DNA of 64,000 nucleotides from Enterobacteria phage KhF3: sequence record KT184315.1; one strand, 5' to 3'. Shown piece by piece: positions 44,757 to 53,270 of this stretch (position 1 is its first letter; each line of letters starts with the position of its first letter). The notes under the pieces were generated by a model. It saw only the letters and a program-made list of their open reading frames with translations, ran no database searches and was not told where the DNA came from. The position numbers and the translations under genes were made by a program.

Positions 44757-45005
44757 TTAGTTGTAACCTTGTTTGCTGTAGTATAGGGAGACGATTTTTT
44801 CTCCCCAGTAGTGGTAGTGATATTCCTCGTTTATGGCTTCTTTTACAGCGTCCTTCCAAAAGTCATCGGTAGGGTTATAATCTGGTAGCACCTGCTGAAT
44901 CAGCATTTTGATAAGGTCAAAGGTGTTATCTGTTCCACCGATATCGAATTTTGCATCAAGTTCGTGGCAGCCATAAGCATTAACAGTTACGCGGATAGTT
45001 GACAT
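44757..45005 (-). CDS. Hypothetical small early protein
   Basis: 82 aa; preceded by conserved leader with GGAGA RBS. Confidence 0.5.
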   Translation of the reverse strand: MSTIRVTVNAYGCHELDAKFDIGGTDNTFDLIKMLIQQVLPDYNPTDDFWKDAVKEAINEEYHYHYWGEKIVSLYYSKQGYN

Positions 45006-45070
45006 AATTTAGATTCTCCAGTTTAGGACTTTACTTAGTGGGGGGAGGTCATCCCCCGTTAATTAGTAAT

Positions 45071-45334
45071 TTACTGCATATTGGCGTATGTTGCAAGCCT
45101 TTTTTCGTTGTATTTTGTAAGAATCTCACAAGATACAACATCATACTTTGTAACAGCGTTGCCTTTATCGAGGTCAAAAAAGCCAAACGCTTTACCATCT
45201 TTGAATCCGACAACTTCGTAAGATTCTTTGATGATTTCACCATTGAACAAATCACTTTCGATACGGTGAAATAATGCTACATCTTCTTTGTCGGTTGCAA
45301 TTTGTAAAAGTGTGGTTAATTCTACGTTTTCCAT
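45071..45334 (-). CDS. Hypothetical small early protein
   Basis: 87 aa; conserved leader upstream. Confidence 0.5.
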   Translation of the reverse strand: MENVELTTLLQIATDKEDVALFHRIESDLFNGEIIKESYEVVGFKDGKAFGFFDLDKGNAVTKYDVVSCEILTKYNEKRLATYANMQ

Positions 45335-45423
45335 CTTGATAACTCCAGTTTAGGACTTTATTTAGTGGGGAAGGTCATTCCCTCCCCGTTGATTGACAAT
45401 TTACAGATTTTTATCAGGCTTGT

Positions 45424-45657
45424 CTAGTCTTTTTCAATGATAATTTCATACTGACCATCTACGCTGTCAAAATAGACACCTTCTTCATCTTCTGTCTTAA
45501 AGTAACATTGTATATCATCACTGGCGGGATAGTCTTGCCTTGCTATCTGGCACACTTGAACAGCATTTTCTTTACTCCCTGTAAACTCCTCAAGCCCTTT
45601 AAAATCGCATGAATGACCGTTACAAATAGAAAGGATGAGGTAAATGGTTGTAAGCAT
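45424..45657 (-). CDS. Hypothetical small secreted/lipoprotein-like protein
   Basis: 77 aa; hydrophobic N-terminus MLTTIYLILSICNG. Confidence 0.45.
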   Translation of the reverse strand: MLTTIYLILSICNGHSCDFKGLEEFTGSKENAVQVCQIARQDYPASDDIQCYFKTEDEEGVYFDSVDGQYEIIIEKD

Positions 45658-45723
45658 GATTTAAGCCTCTTAAAAGCCCCTTACAGGGGCTGAATAGTGT
45701 TTATAAGGTGATTGCATAGGTTT

Positions 45724-46266
45724 TTAGAAAAAACCCTTTAAATCCTCTTCTGCGATGTTTCCTGTCAGTGTATCCATGATGTCACAAAAAACCTGAATAC
45801 TGTCCGACTGTTGAACACTTTTAGCAAGTAGTTCTAATGTCTCATCAAGATAGTTTAAATTTGGGTTATCCAATGAAGGAAGACAAAAAGGTGAATACAT
45901 AGCGTTAAACTCTGTTGTATAGACCTTTTTAATCCAATTTATATCAAAATACTCTGTAAAACTTGCTACACTCGACATATTATCACAAGAATAATCATCG
46001 TTTAGTTCATCCTCTGGAATATCAAGTTCTAGGATAACAATATTTTGTGTCTTCATCTGGAAAGCTGCGGTGATAGTGGCATTGCCTAAAGCTTGCTGGA
46101 TACCTTCAGAGATTATTTCTTCCTCATCGTCGCCATAGATTTTATTTTCTGGATACACGTAAAAATTGCCGTCCATATCCGAACAATTCCATGCGCCTGA
46201 TGGTTTATCACCGTTATTAATCAGGTTGAGGAAATTTTCTTGAGTAGTTCCGTGATAGCATTTCAT
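45724..46266 (-). CDS. Hypothetical early protein (acidic)
   Basis: 180 aa; conserved leader upstream. Confidence 0.5.
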   Translation of the reverse strand: MKCYHGTTQENFLNLINNGDKPSGAWNCSDMDGNFYVYPENKIYGDDEEEIISEGIQQALGNATITAAFQMKTQNIVILELDIPEDELNDDYSCDNMSSVASFTEYFDINWIKKVYTTEFNAMYSPFCLPSLDNPNLNYLDETLELLAKSVQQSDSIQVFCDIMDTLTGNIAEEDLKGFF

Positions 46267-46353
46267 TTTTGAATCTCCTAGTTTAAGGATTTAGTGGTAA
46301 AGCTCTTTATCTGGGGCTTACTTTATCGAACTATAAGCCCCTTGTAAAGTACT

Positions 46354-46602
46354 TTATTTAACTTTCTTTGAGAAAATTAGTTTAACTGCAACCGTAGGAA
46401 CCTCGTCAGCGATTGTAACCAGCATCACTTTTTGAGTGACCAACTTATAACCGTTCTTTGCAGCGTATGCGGTAAAACGGTTGACATTGTAACTATAAGT
46501 TTTTGGTGTGTTATCTGGCATGTGGTAAATGAAAGGTTTACCCAAATTTTCTTCTTGTGTCAATAATCTACAGGTATCGGGAATGTTAAAGTAGTTCATC
46601 AT
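46354..46602 (-). CDS. Hypothetical small early protein
   Basis: 82 aa; conserved leader. Confidence 0.5.
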   Translation of the reverse strand: MMNYFNIPDTCRLLTQEENLGKPFIYHMPDNTPKTYSYNVNRFTAYAAKNGYKLVTQKVMLVTIADEVPTVAVKLIFSKKVK

Positions 46603-46688
46603 TTTTAGAATCTCCAGTTTAGGATTTAGTGGTAAAGCTCTTTATCTGAGGCTTAAGTTATCAACTTTTAAGCCCCTTGTAAAGTACT

Positions 46689-46892
46689 TTATTTGTTATT
46701 TTTGACAACTTTTAAAACTGCAAGATAGCCTAAGCAATAAGAATCACCGAAGAGAGTCCTACCCATGAAAGAATCCTCTTTGATATCCTTTGCAGTGACA
46801 GTTTTTTCTACGCCGTGGGAAAGGACTATATCACCAACTTTGATATCTTTGATGTGTGTAGTTTCAATGGTTAAACCATTAATAATAGCCAT
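46689..46892 (-). CDS. Hypothetical small early protein
   Basis: 67 aa; conserved leader. Confidence 0.5.
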   Translation of the reverse strand: MAIINGLTIETTHIKDIKVGDIVLSHGVEKTVTAKDIKEDSFMGRTLFGDSYCLGYLAVLKVVKNNK

Positions 46893-46956
46893 TTTTAGAA
46901 TCTCCAGTTTAGGACTTTATTTAGTGGGGAAGGTCATTCCCTCCCCGTTGATGTGT

Positions 46957-46985
46957 AATTTAATCTATCTAAAAACCAGTGTCAA
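46957..46985 (-). promoter_or_regulatory. Sigma70-type promoter (TTGACA-17-TAAATT) of family-B early module
   Basis: Minus strand TTGACACTGGTTTTTAGATAGATTAAATT, followed by GGGGAGGGAATGACCTTCCCC hairpin and conserved leader. Confidence 0.45.
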
Positions 46986-46994
46986 CAAAATTTT

Positions 46995-47399
46995 TTAGAG
47001 TTCTGCATAAATTGCATCACAGATATCGCGGAAGTCATGATTAGTCAAATTACGCTGCAACCAAGTGGCGAAAAAGTCAGCGATTGCAAAGTTAGCATCA
47101 TACTCGACAGATAGCCACACTTTAACAGCAAATCGGAACATTTTCAAATCTAACTCTTTATTCATTACCTTAGATTTGCCTAACATGTCGGACATTTCAT
47201 ATTGCGCACCGTCTAGTGTGATACCTGCTGCAACGTCAGCCAATGAATTTTTTACGTTTTCAACGTCTAAAATAACGCTTTGAATCTTTCCGATAATGTT
47301 GTGCAATGTCTCATCAGGCGCTGATGATGTCATAATGTTGATTCGATTAACGGTCAAACGTGCTTTTAAGGTTGATAATTCACGGTTATTAATAGCCAT
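46995..47399 (-). CDS. Hypothetical early protein
   Basis: 134 aa. Confidence 0.5.
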   Translation of the reverse strand: MAINNRELSTLKARLTVNRINIMTSSAPDETLHNIIGKIQSVILDVENVKNSLADVAAGITLDGAQYEMSDMLGKSKVMNKELDLKMFRFAVKVWLSVEYDANFAIADFFATWLQRNLTNHDFRDICDAIYAEL

Positions 47400-47484
47400 T
47401 TTAGAATCTCCAATTTAGGATTGAGTGGTAAAGTTCTTTATCTGGTGCTTACTTTATCGAACTATAAGCCCCTTGTAAAGTACT

Positions 47485-47757
47485 TTATACTAAATGCAGC
47501 TTTTTACCTTTTACTATGATGTAACTAGATGCACTATTGCTTTGCACATCCTGATAAATTCTGCGCAAACGTCCTTCGTAGTATACTTTCCAACTGGTTG
47601 GAATCTTTTTCCCGTATCCTGTAGCAGTTTTTTGGAGTCCTGCAACTTGCCAATTTAAGATGTGTTGCTCAGCCCGTAAATCTTCAAAGCACATCACACC
47701 GTCTACATAGTGACGCAAGGTGACATTTAAGGTGCGACCGTTGTTAGTAGTATACAT
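47485..47757 (-). CDS. Hypothetical small early protein
   Basis: 90 aa. Confidence 0.5.
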   Translation of the reverse strand: MYTTNNGRTLNVTLRHYVDGVMCFEDLRAEQHILNWQVAGLQKTATGYGKKIPTSWKVYYEGRLRRIYQDVQSNSASSYIIVKGKKLHLV

Positions 47758-47821
47758 TTTCAGAATCTCCAGTTTAGGACTTTATTTAGTGGGGAAGGTC
47801 ATTCCCTCCCCGTTGATGTGT

Positions 47822-47850
47822 AATTTAGCCTATCTAAAAATCAGTGTCAA
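47822..47850 (-). promoter_or_regulatory. Sigma70-type promoter (TTGACA-17-TAAATT) of family-B early module
   Basis: Minus strand TTGACACTGATTTTTAGATAGGCTAAATT; near-identical to copy at 46957-46985. Confidence 0.45.
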
Positions 47851-48179
47851 ACACTTTGTTTTCGTTTGCTCAATTCTTGAACAATTACAGCGTAGTAGTC
47901 TTTTAAGTCACTGATATTTAAAGCGTTTATCAGTGAATTATAATCATCAATAAGTTGATAGTCATCTTTGAAAATGTCACTAATCTGATAGGTTTTCGCT
48001 TTAAATCTAAAGCTCATCTCTAGCCGCTTTATTTGCTCATCACTTAAACGCCCTAGAAAGCTCTCTACAAGGTTATTACTAACCTGCTGTGTGATTGCCT
48101 TACTTGCCAGATTATAGGCTTTATATGCCTTATATAGCGCGAAAATGGCAATGATTGCAGTGATACCAGTCATTAACAT
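47847..48179 (-). CDS. Hypothetical small membrane protein
   Basis: 110 aa; N-terminal TM MLMTGITAIIAIFALY. Confidence 0.5.
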   Translation of the reverse strand: MLMTGITAIIAIFALYKAYKAYNLASKAITQQVSNNLVESFLGRLSDEQIKRLEMSFRFKAKTYQISDIFKDDYQLIDDYNSLINALNISDLKDYYAVIVQELSKRKQSV

Positions 48180-48469
48180 GGTGTTTCCTCTTTACGTGAT
48201 ACTTTGCCATTTACAGATATCTCATAAGATTCTAATAAATCGCTTTTAGACTTTACAGGACTTTTAAAAGTATCATCATAAATATTAACTTGCAATACAG
48301 GTTTTTTATACTCCCTGCAACTGTTCCATAAGCAAATCACTACACGACGGCCTTTGATTTTTCCGTGTAACCATTCCATAACATCATGACTATTCCTTGA
48401 TGTTTCAATGAAATCAATTTTATTAAGTAACTTGCTTAAATTTTCACGGACTTTATTTGATAATTTCAT
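48173..48469 (-). CDS. Hypothetical small early protein
   Basis: 98 aa. Confidence 0.5.
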   Translation of the reverse strand: MKLSNKVRENLSKLLNKIDFIETSRNSHDVMEWLHGKIKGRRVVICLWNSCREYKKPVLQVNIYDDTFKSPVKSKSDLLESYEISVNGKVSRKEETPC

Positions 48470-48561
48470 TTTAGAATCTCCTAGTTTAAGGGTTGATTTG
48501 AATAAAGCTCTTTATCTGGGGCTATCTTATCAGTCTGATAACCCCGTGTAAAGAAATCTAT

Positions 48562-49074
48562 TTAGTTCTTAAAGATATTCATCACTGAGTCTTTCAACGA
48601 TTCCAAACGTTCTAATACTTCAGATTCTGCGTCTGCGTTGTTCACCTCTTCTTTTAGTCTATCCTCTAAATCATCGCCGTCACGATAGCACCAATCGAAA
48701 GCATAACCAAGATAAAAACTTTCTAAAACCGTGCTACCGTTTGCATCCACAACTTTCGCGGCAAGGTTATACTCTGAAGCCTCTAAATCTCTTTCTAGTT
48801 CTTTCTGTAAGCTCGTGTAAGCCTCTTTCGATGGATTCTCACGGCCTTGTTTTGCATAGTCACTTGAAAGCTGTTTAAGGCTGTAATGTAAAGGGATTGC
48901 ATATTTAAATTCATTACGCTGACAGTTAGGATTTTTAATCGTCACACCGCCTTGATGGTCATCTGTAAACTTCCAATTATCAAGATTATGGCTTGCTTCA
49001 AAGCAATTTACCGCTTCGTAAATAATGGTGAATTTTTCTTTTACAACTTCAAAGGTAGCGTCTACAGTTTTCAT
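48562..49074 (-). CDS. Hypothetical early protein (acidic)
   Basis: 170 aa. Confidence 0.5.
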   Translation of the reverse strand: MKTVDATFEVVKEKFTIIYEAVNCFEASHNLDNWKFTDDHQGGVTIKNPNCQRNEFKYAIPLHYSLKQLSSDYAKQGRENPSKEAYTSLQKELERDLEASEYNLAAKVVDANGSTVLESFYLGYAFDWCYRDGDDLEDRLKEEVNNADAESEVLERLESLKDSVMNIFKN

Positions 49075-49161
49075 TTTTGAATCTCCTAGTTTAAGGATTG
49101 AGTGGTAAAGCTCTTTATCTGGGGCTTAAGATATCAACTTTTAAGCCCCCTGTAAAGTACT

Positions 49162-49470
49162 TTATTTGTTAATTTTCAGCTTTGCATAACTTCTCATTGT
49201 ACGAATGGGGGATGTTAATGCTACGCGTCTAATGTATGCCTTTTTCGTGTATACAGTTGTCTTCCCGATAGTGTTTACACATGTAAAAAGGTTTATCGGT
49301 GAATTTTTTAACTTCAACTGTTTATCAACCTTCACGCCCCACCTTACAGCAGATTGTTTTCCGTTGTCAACCACTTTCCCGCATAACTTTTTAGCCATGA
49401 TACGAGCGTCATCACGAGTCTTTGCGGTAATTACAACGTTTTTGATAATAGCCATTTTTAAGTTCTCCAA
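49162..49470 (-). CDS. Hypothetical small basic protein
   Basis: 102 aa. Confidence 0.5.
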   Translation of the reverse strand: MENLKMAIIKNVVITAKTRDDARIMAKKLCGKVVDNGKQSAVRWGVKVDKQLKLKNSPINLFTCVNTIGKTTVYTKKAYIRRVALTSPIRTMRSYAKLKINK

Positions 49471-49541
49471 TTTAGGATTTAGTGGTAAAGCTCTTTATCT
49501 GGGGCTTACTTTATCGAACTATAAGCCCCTTGTAAAGTACT

Positions 49542-49925
49542 TTATTTGTTAATTTTGAAGGTAGTTACATAACCATCACTACCGATTATTTGAGACACTC
49601 CAGCTTTTTCTACTTTATAGCCCATATTTTCAAGATGATAAACAGCATCATCATAACCATATGCGCCACCCTGATAACGTCTCTTATCACATTTTATCAG
49701 GTTTTTACCACGTCCAGCAAGTGCATGTAAAATGGCTTTTTCACTTGAAAGAGTACCATCTAACATGGTTGCCGTGTAATGGTTGATTCTATTCCCGTTT
49801 ACATCATACTTAAAATTGAATGCGTGAACAATGATAATGTTACCTTTAAAATTTTCATCAAGTGACTTCTCCAGTGCGTTGCGAAAGTTGTCTTTGTTGA
49901 TGAATTTCGGTGCACGATAAGCCAT
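49542..49925 (-). CDS. Hypothetical early protein
   Basis: 127 aa. Confidence 0.5.
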   Translation of the reverse strand: MAYRAPKFINKDNFRNALEKSLDENFKGNIIIVHAFNFKYDVNGNRINHYTATMLDGTLSSEKAILHALAGRGKNLIKCDKRRYQGGAYGYDDAVYHLENMGYKVEKAGVSQIIGSDGYVTTFKINK

Positions 49926-50013
49926 TTTTGAATCTCCTAGTTTAAGGGTTAATTTAGTAAAGCTCTTTATCTGGGGCTTAAGATATCAGCTTTTAAGCCC
50001 CCTGTAAAGTACT

Positions 50014-50235
50014 TTATTTGTCGTAGTAGTAAATCGCTGTCTGCCTTGTAAATTTCTTAGTGTTTCTTGTAAGGTAGCAATTAGAATTAATAGCCGTTTC
50101 TACATAGTTGCAATAGTCGGCTTCTGATATTCTGGACCATACGCCACAAATTTGCATGTAAAAACGTTTTACCTTTGTGTTAACGTTAGTTGTAACCATC
50201 AATTCACGACTGTAAAGCATTATTTCGCGCTCCAT
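50014..50235 (-). CDS. Hypothetical small early protein
   Basis: 73 aa. Confidence 0.45.
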   Translation of the reverse strand: MEREIMLYSRELMVTTNVNTKVKRFYMQICGVWSRISEADYCNYVETAINSNCYLTRNTKKFTRQTAIYYYDK

Positions 50236-50408
50236 TTCTCAAAGAGTTCAGCAGGGAAACGTTCGCTATACCCTTTTAAGGAAAAAGTATTATCTTTGTG
50301 GATAGCTTCCACCTGATAAACCTTATAAGAGCGTATAGTTAGCATTTTGTAAGAGTATTCGTGCTTAATGTTAACCTCATCGCCAACTTTAATTTTTCTT
50401 GATGCCAT
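50220..50408 (-). CDS. Hypothetical small early protein
   Basis: 62 aa; first gene of the array; family-B module upstream. Confidence 0.45.
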   Translation of the reverse strand: MASRKIKVGDEVNIKHEYSYKMLTIRSYKVYQVEAIHKDNTFSLKGYSERFPAELFEKWSAK

Positions 50409-50621
50409 TTTTGAATCTCCAGTTTAGGATTTTATTTAGTGGGGAAGGTCATTCCCTCCCCGTTGATGTAAATATTAGATAACCACGTTCAAAGAGTCAA
50501 TAAAAATTTTAAAAATATTTTTGGCAAAACTGTAATGAAACGGGTGCGCACGACTACCACAAAACAGAACGCAAATCAAGAATTATTTTTCAATCCGCTA
50601 CAAATTTTTCTATTGACTTTT

Positions 50622-50660
50622 GGGGAGAGGGGGAGTAAGAGGGGGAGAGGTGTTGGGCTG
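50622..50660. repeat. Purine-rich G-tract cluster (potential G-quadruplex)
   Basis: GGGGAGAGGGGGAGTAAGAGGGGGAGAGGTGTTGGGCTGG in an otherwise AT-rich genome. Confidence 0.5.
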
Positions 50661-50663
50661 GCT

Positions 50664-50860
50664 GTCTATAAAAACCTACCTGCACAATTCTAAAATGATT
50701 TTTCTTGCCCGACCTGAGCGGAGTCTGCACGTTTTGAAAATGAAAAAGCTCTTTGGAGATTACCTGCACAGTTTGAAAATGAATTTTCTCTTTGGAGTTC
50801 AAAATTCTCTCTACAGATTTCTCTACAGAACTCTACCTGCACAATTCTGAAATGAAAAAG
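50664..50860. repeat. Four degenerate tandem repeats (~45 bp) with core CTGCACA(A/G)TT(C)T(A/G)AAAATGA
   Basis: Copies near 50677, 50722, 50764, 50835; CTCTTTGGAG also repeated. Confidence 0.55.
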
Positions 50861-50928
50861 CCCTCCTTACCTGAAAAATTTACCAGATAAGAAAGGCTTA
50901 GGCTATTGTGAATATCCTACAGAGTTTC

Positions 50929-51714
50929 TTAGTTCTTTGCGTCTAAGAAGGTAACTTCTGGTGAAGAGAAGATTGCCTCGATATCCTCATCAGTTCTTGC
51001 ATAGATATAAGCTTCTGCATCACTACCAAATGTTACAGCAATTCTGTGATTGCTCTTTGACAGGTGGGTAACTAGAGCGTTACTTAGAGACATCTTTTCA
51101 ACCGGAGGGTTACTTTGATGTATCTTACCTTTTCTTCGTCTGAAGAGGGTAACTGCATTATCCGTGAACACAACTACACCTGCAAAGTATTCTGGTTCAC
51201 AGTAGTTCTCCCAACCTGAGCGTAACTTGTGGTACATCTCTCCTTCATAGACATATAGATAAACATCTACACTCTTCATCACCTGATTAATGATAACTGT
51301 GACGGCTTGAGGGTCTAGCCCACCGATACCTGCACCAATCATAGGTAACCCGACTTTCTTCAACTGATTGACTTCACAGTATCTGTTAAGCTGTTTCAAA
51401 GATGACTCTAAAGCACTGTATCGGGCATCTTTACCAGTCTTAAGCTGAGTGTAAAGGTTAGCTATACGACCTTGTTTTAAACGTGCTACAGAGAAATTAC
51501 CCAGTAAATTTTCACAGGGTTTGTGTCCTATACCACCTGCATATAGATAAACTTCTGTATCGGTCTCATATGCTTTTGGGTAAAGTTTAGAAATCTTGTC
51601 AGCGATACCTGCACCCATTAAATTCATACAGTTGCAACCGTGACCGATGATGTCAAACTTACCTTTATCAAATGCGGCAAAGATATCACCATTGATTATT
51701 TTTACAATACCCAT
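50929..51714 (-). CDS. Macro-domain protein (ADP-ribose binding/processing) with C-terminal extension
   Basis: GDIF...DIIGHGCNCMNLMGAGIADKI and LPMIGAGIGG match macro-domain motifs (N..N.L.GGG..AI; FPAISTGVYG). Confidence 0.6.
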   Translation of the reverse strand: MGIVKIINGDIFAAFDKGKFDIIGHGCNCMNLMGAGIADKISKLYPKAYETDTEVYLYAGGIGHKPCENLLGNFSVARLKQGRIANLYTQLKTGKDARYSALESSLKQLNRYCEVNQLKKVGLPMIGAGIGGLDPQAVTVIINQVMKSVDVYLYVYEGEMYHKLRSGWENYCEPEYFAGVVVFTDNAVTLFRRRKGKIHQSNPPVEKMSLSNALVTHLSKSNHRIAVTFGSDAEAYIYARTDEDIEAIFSSPEVTFLDAKN

Positions 51715-51915
51715 TTAACATCTCTCCCAAGATTCTTTATCTTCTGAAGGTTTTACACGTTGCCCCTCATGGTCTACCCAGATACATCCACAACCTTCAC
51801 AGATTACTGGCATTGCATAACCAGCTTTAAAGTCATCTTCAGTGATAAGACCTTTTAAGTCACCTGTATCACGTCCAAACATTTCTATAGAACAGTCTTT
51901 GCAGAAGTCAGCCAT
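51715..51915 (-). CDS. Small Cys-rich zinc-binding protein
   Basis: CKDC ... CEGCGC pairs; 66 aa. Confidence 0.45.
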   Translation of the reverse strand: MADFCKDCSIEMFGRDTGDLKGLITEDDFKAGYAMPVICEGCGCIWVDHEGQRVKPSEDKESWERC

Positions 51916-52135
51916 TGATAATTACCTCTTGAATGATGATACCTTTACCACAACGGCTTTTAAAGTCTTCCAATGGTTGGGAGATGAAGCCACGCAAGCA
52001 ATCACTAAATACTAAGTTTTTCCTGTAGGCTATCACATCGTTTGCTGTAAACGGGATGACTTCATTTCTTCCAATGAATACTGCTGACCGGATGAGTTTC
52101 CGTGTCTTTTTATCTCTGGCTAGAATTACTCTCAT
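51908..52135 (-). CDS. Hypothetical protein
   Basis: 75 aa. Confidence 0.4.
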   Translation of the reverse strand: MRVILARDKKTRKLIRSAVFIGRNEVIPFTANDVIAYRKNLVFSDCLRGFISQPLEDFKSRCGKGIIIQEVIING

Positions 52136-52436
52136 AATTTACCTTCTCAGTTAGCTCATATAAATCAACATGCTCAATACTATCAATGTTGATATCAATC
52201 TTTTTGAAGCGTTCTATCACTTCGTTGTCAGTCATCCATATCAGACACCAATGATTCTGAATGGATTCTTCAAGAAGGTCAACACAATCTTTAAAAGTTT
52301 TTGTATCACTTCTTGTTCCAACTACTGCGATTGTTCCATATAGCCACCCACCATTGCCATAAGATACTTGCGCTACGCCAACTTCTTTACCTTTCTCGTA
52401 GTAAACGGCGACAAAGTCTCTTCCATTAATCTGCAT
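52110..52436 (-). CDS. Hypothetical protein
   Basis: 108 aa. Confidence 0.4.
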   Translation of the reverse strand: MQINGRDFVAVYYEKGKEVGVAQVSYGNGGWLYGTIAVVGTRSDTKTFKDCVDLLEESIQNHWCLIWMTDNEVIERFKKIDINIDSIEHVDLYELTEKVNYESNSSQR

Positions 52437-52438
52437 AG

Positions 52439-52711
52439 TTACTTCCTCGTTTTGAGAACTGCTAAGATTTCTTTAGAGTCTGGTAAGAACCATGTGTAGT
52501 GATTCTCTTTGATTTCTGGATGAGTGTCAACCTTTATTTTGCACTCTTTACCAACATGCTTAAGCTGTGCTGTGATACCTTGCATAAAGATGTGACACAT
52601 TACATTATCCATAATCGTAGGTAAGAAATCAATCCTCATGTAAGTATCTTTCGGTCTCGGTAGAAGTAAGTAACCTTCTGTGTAGAAAGTTTCATCATTA
52701 CTTTGTGTCAT
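52439..52711 (-). CDS. Hypothetical protein
   Basis: 90 aa. Confidence 0.4.
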   Translation of the reverse strand: MTQSNDETFYTEGYLLLPRPKDTYMRIDFLPTIMDNVMCHIFMQGITAQLKHVGKECKIKVDTHPEIKENHYTWFLPDSKEILAVLKTRK

Positions 52712-52977
52712 TACTGCTTATTCCCTAATAAAATCATATCAATAAGGTTATTAGCTTTGATTGTGCACTGGTAAAATCCATCACGATAGAACTCAAGGGC
52801 TGCTGCCACATCACTACCAGTATTACCTTTGATAGTAAATCTTGAATCTTCTTGAGTGTACTTATCACCCTCACTTACTTGGGAGTTTTTGAATGTACTG
52901 TTCACTTTGTTCGTTGAACACCCTGACATAATTATCAGTAACACAAACATTATAAAACTCTGGCTTAGTTTTTTCAT
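52711..52977 (-). CDS. Lipoprotein, candidate outer-membrane spanin
   Basis: Signal peptide plus lipobox IIMSGC; start lies inside the 3' end of the TM/periplasmic gene in another frame. Confidence 0.45.
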   Translation of the reverse strand: MKKLSQSFIMFVLLIIMSGCSTNKVNSTFKNSQVSEGDKYTQEDSRFTIKGNTGSDVAAALEFYRDGFYQCTIKANNLIDMILLGNKQ

Positions 52978-53218
52978 ACGTTAGTACCTCTTTTGTGTGC
53001 TTATTCTTAGCAAGCACATCTTTCAAATCATTTTTGTAATTGGTGCTGAGTGTGGCTAAACCTTCCTGATAAGCATCTTTGGCAACACTTATTAGTTTCT
53101 CATTATTTAGCTCAGTTTCAGCAACTTGGTAGTCTCTGTAAGAGTATCCTCCCCAGACACCTGTCCCAACTAAGAAAACAATTATGAAAGTAGCTTGACA
53201 GAACTCTTTAAATGTCAT
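52871..53218 (-). CDS. N-terminal TM, periplasmic-domain protein, candidate inner-membrane spanin
   Basis: TM FIIVFLVGTGVWGGY then charged helical domain; 107-nt overlap with lipoprotein gene. Confidence 0.45.
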   Translation of the reverse strand: MTFKEFCQATFIIVFLVGTGVWGGYSYRDYQVAETELNNEKLISVAKDAYQEGLATLSTNYKNDLKDVLAKNKHTKEVLTYEKTKPEFYNVCVTDNYVRVFNEQSEQYIQKLPSK

Positions 53219-53234
53219 TTAACAATCTCCTGAA

Positions 53235-53261
53235 ATGAAAAAGGCTCCCGAAGGAGCCTGT
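53235..53261 (-). terminator. Rho-independent terminator
   Basis: Minus strand AGGCTCC-TTCG-GGAGCCT followed by TTTTTCATTT. Confidence 0.6.
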
Positions 53262-53270
53262 ATCTTAACC

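Noticed and set aside
44757-50480. Interpretation of the regularly spaced intergenic repeats as a CRISPR array
   Set aside because: Repeats are ~85 bp, occur in two different families, and the intervening 'spacers' are 190-540-bp protein-coding genes with start codons and RBSs; this is a promoter/leader cassette, not CRISPR.
50590-50850. Track ORFs 50590-50802 (-) and 50620-50850 (+)
   Set aside because: Both read through the tandem repeats and G-tract, giving internally repetitive peptides; no RBS; better explained as regulatory DNA.
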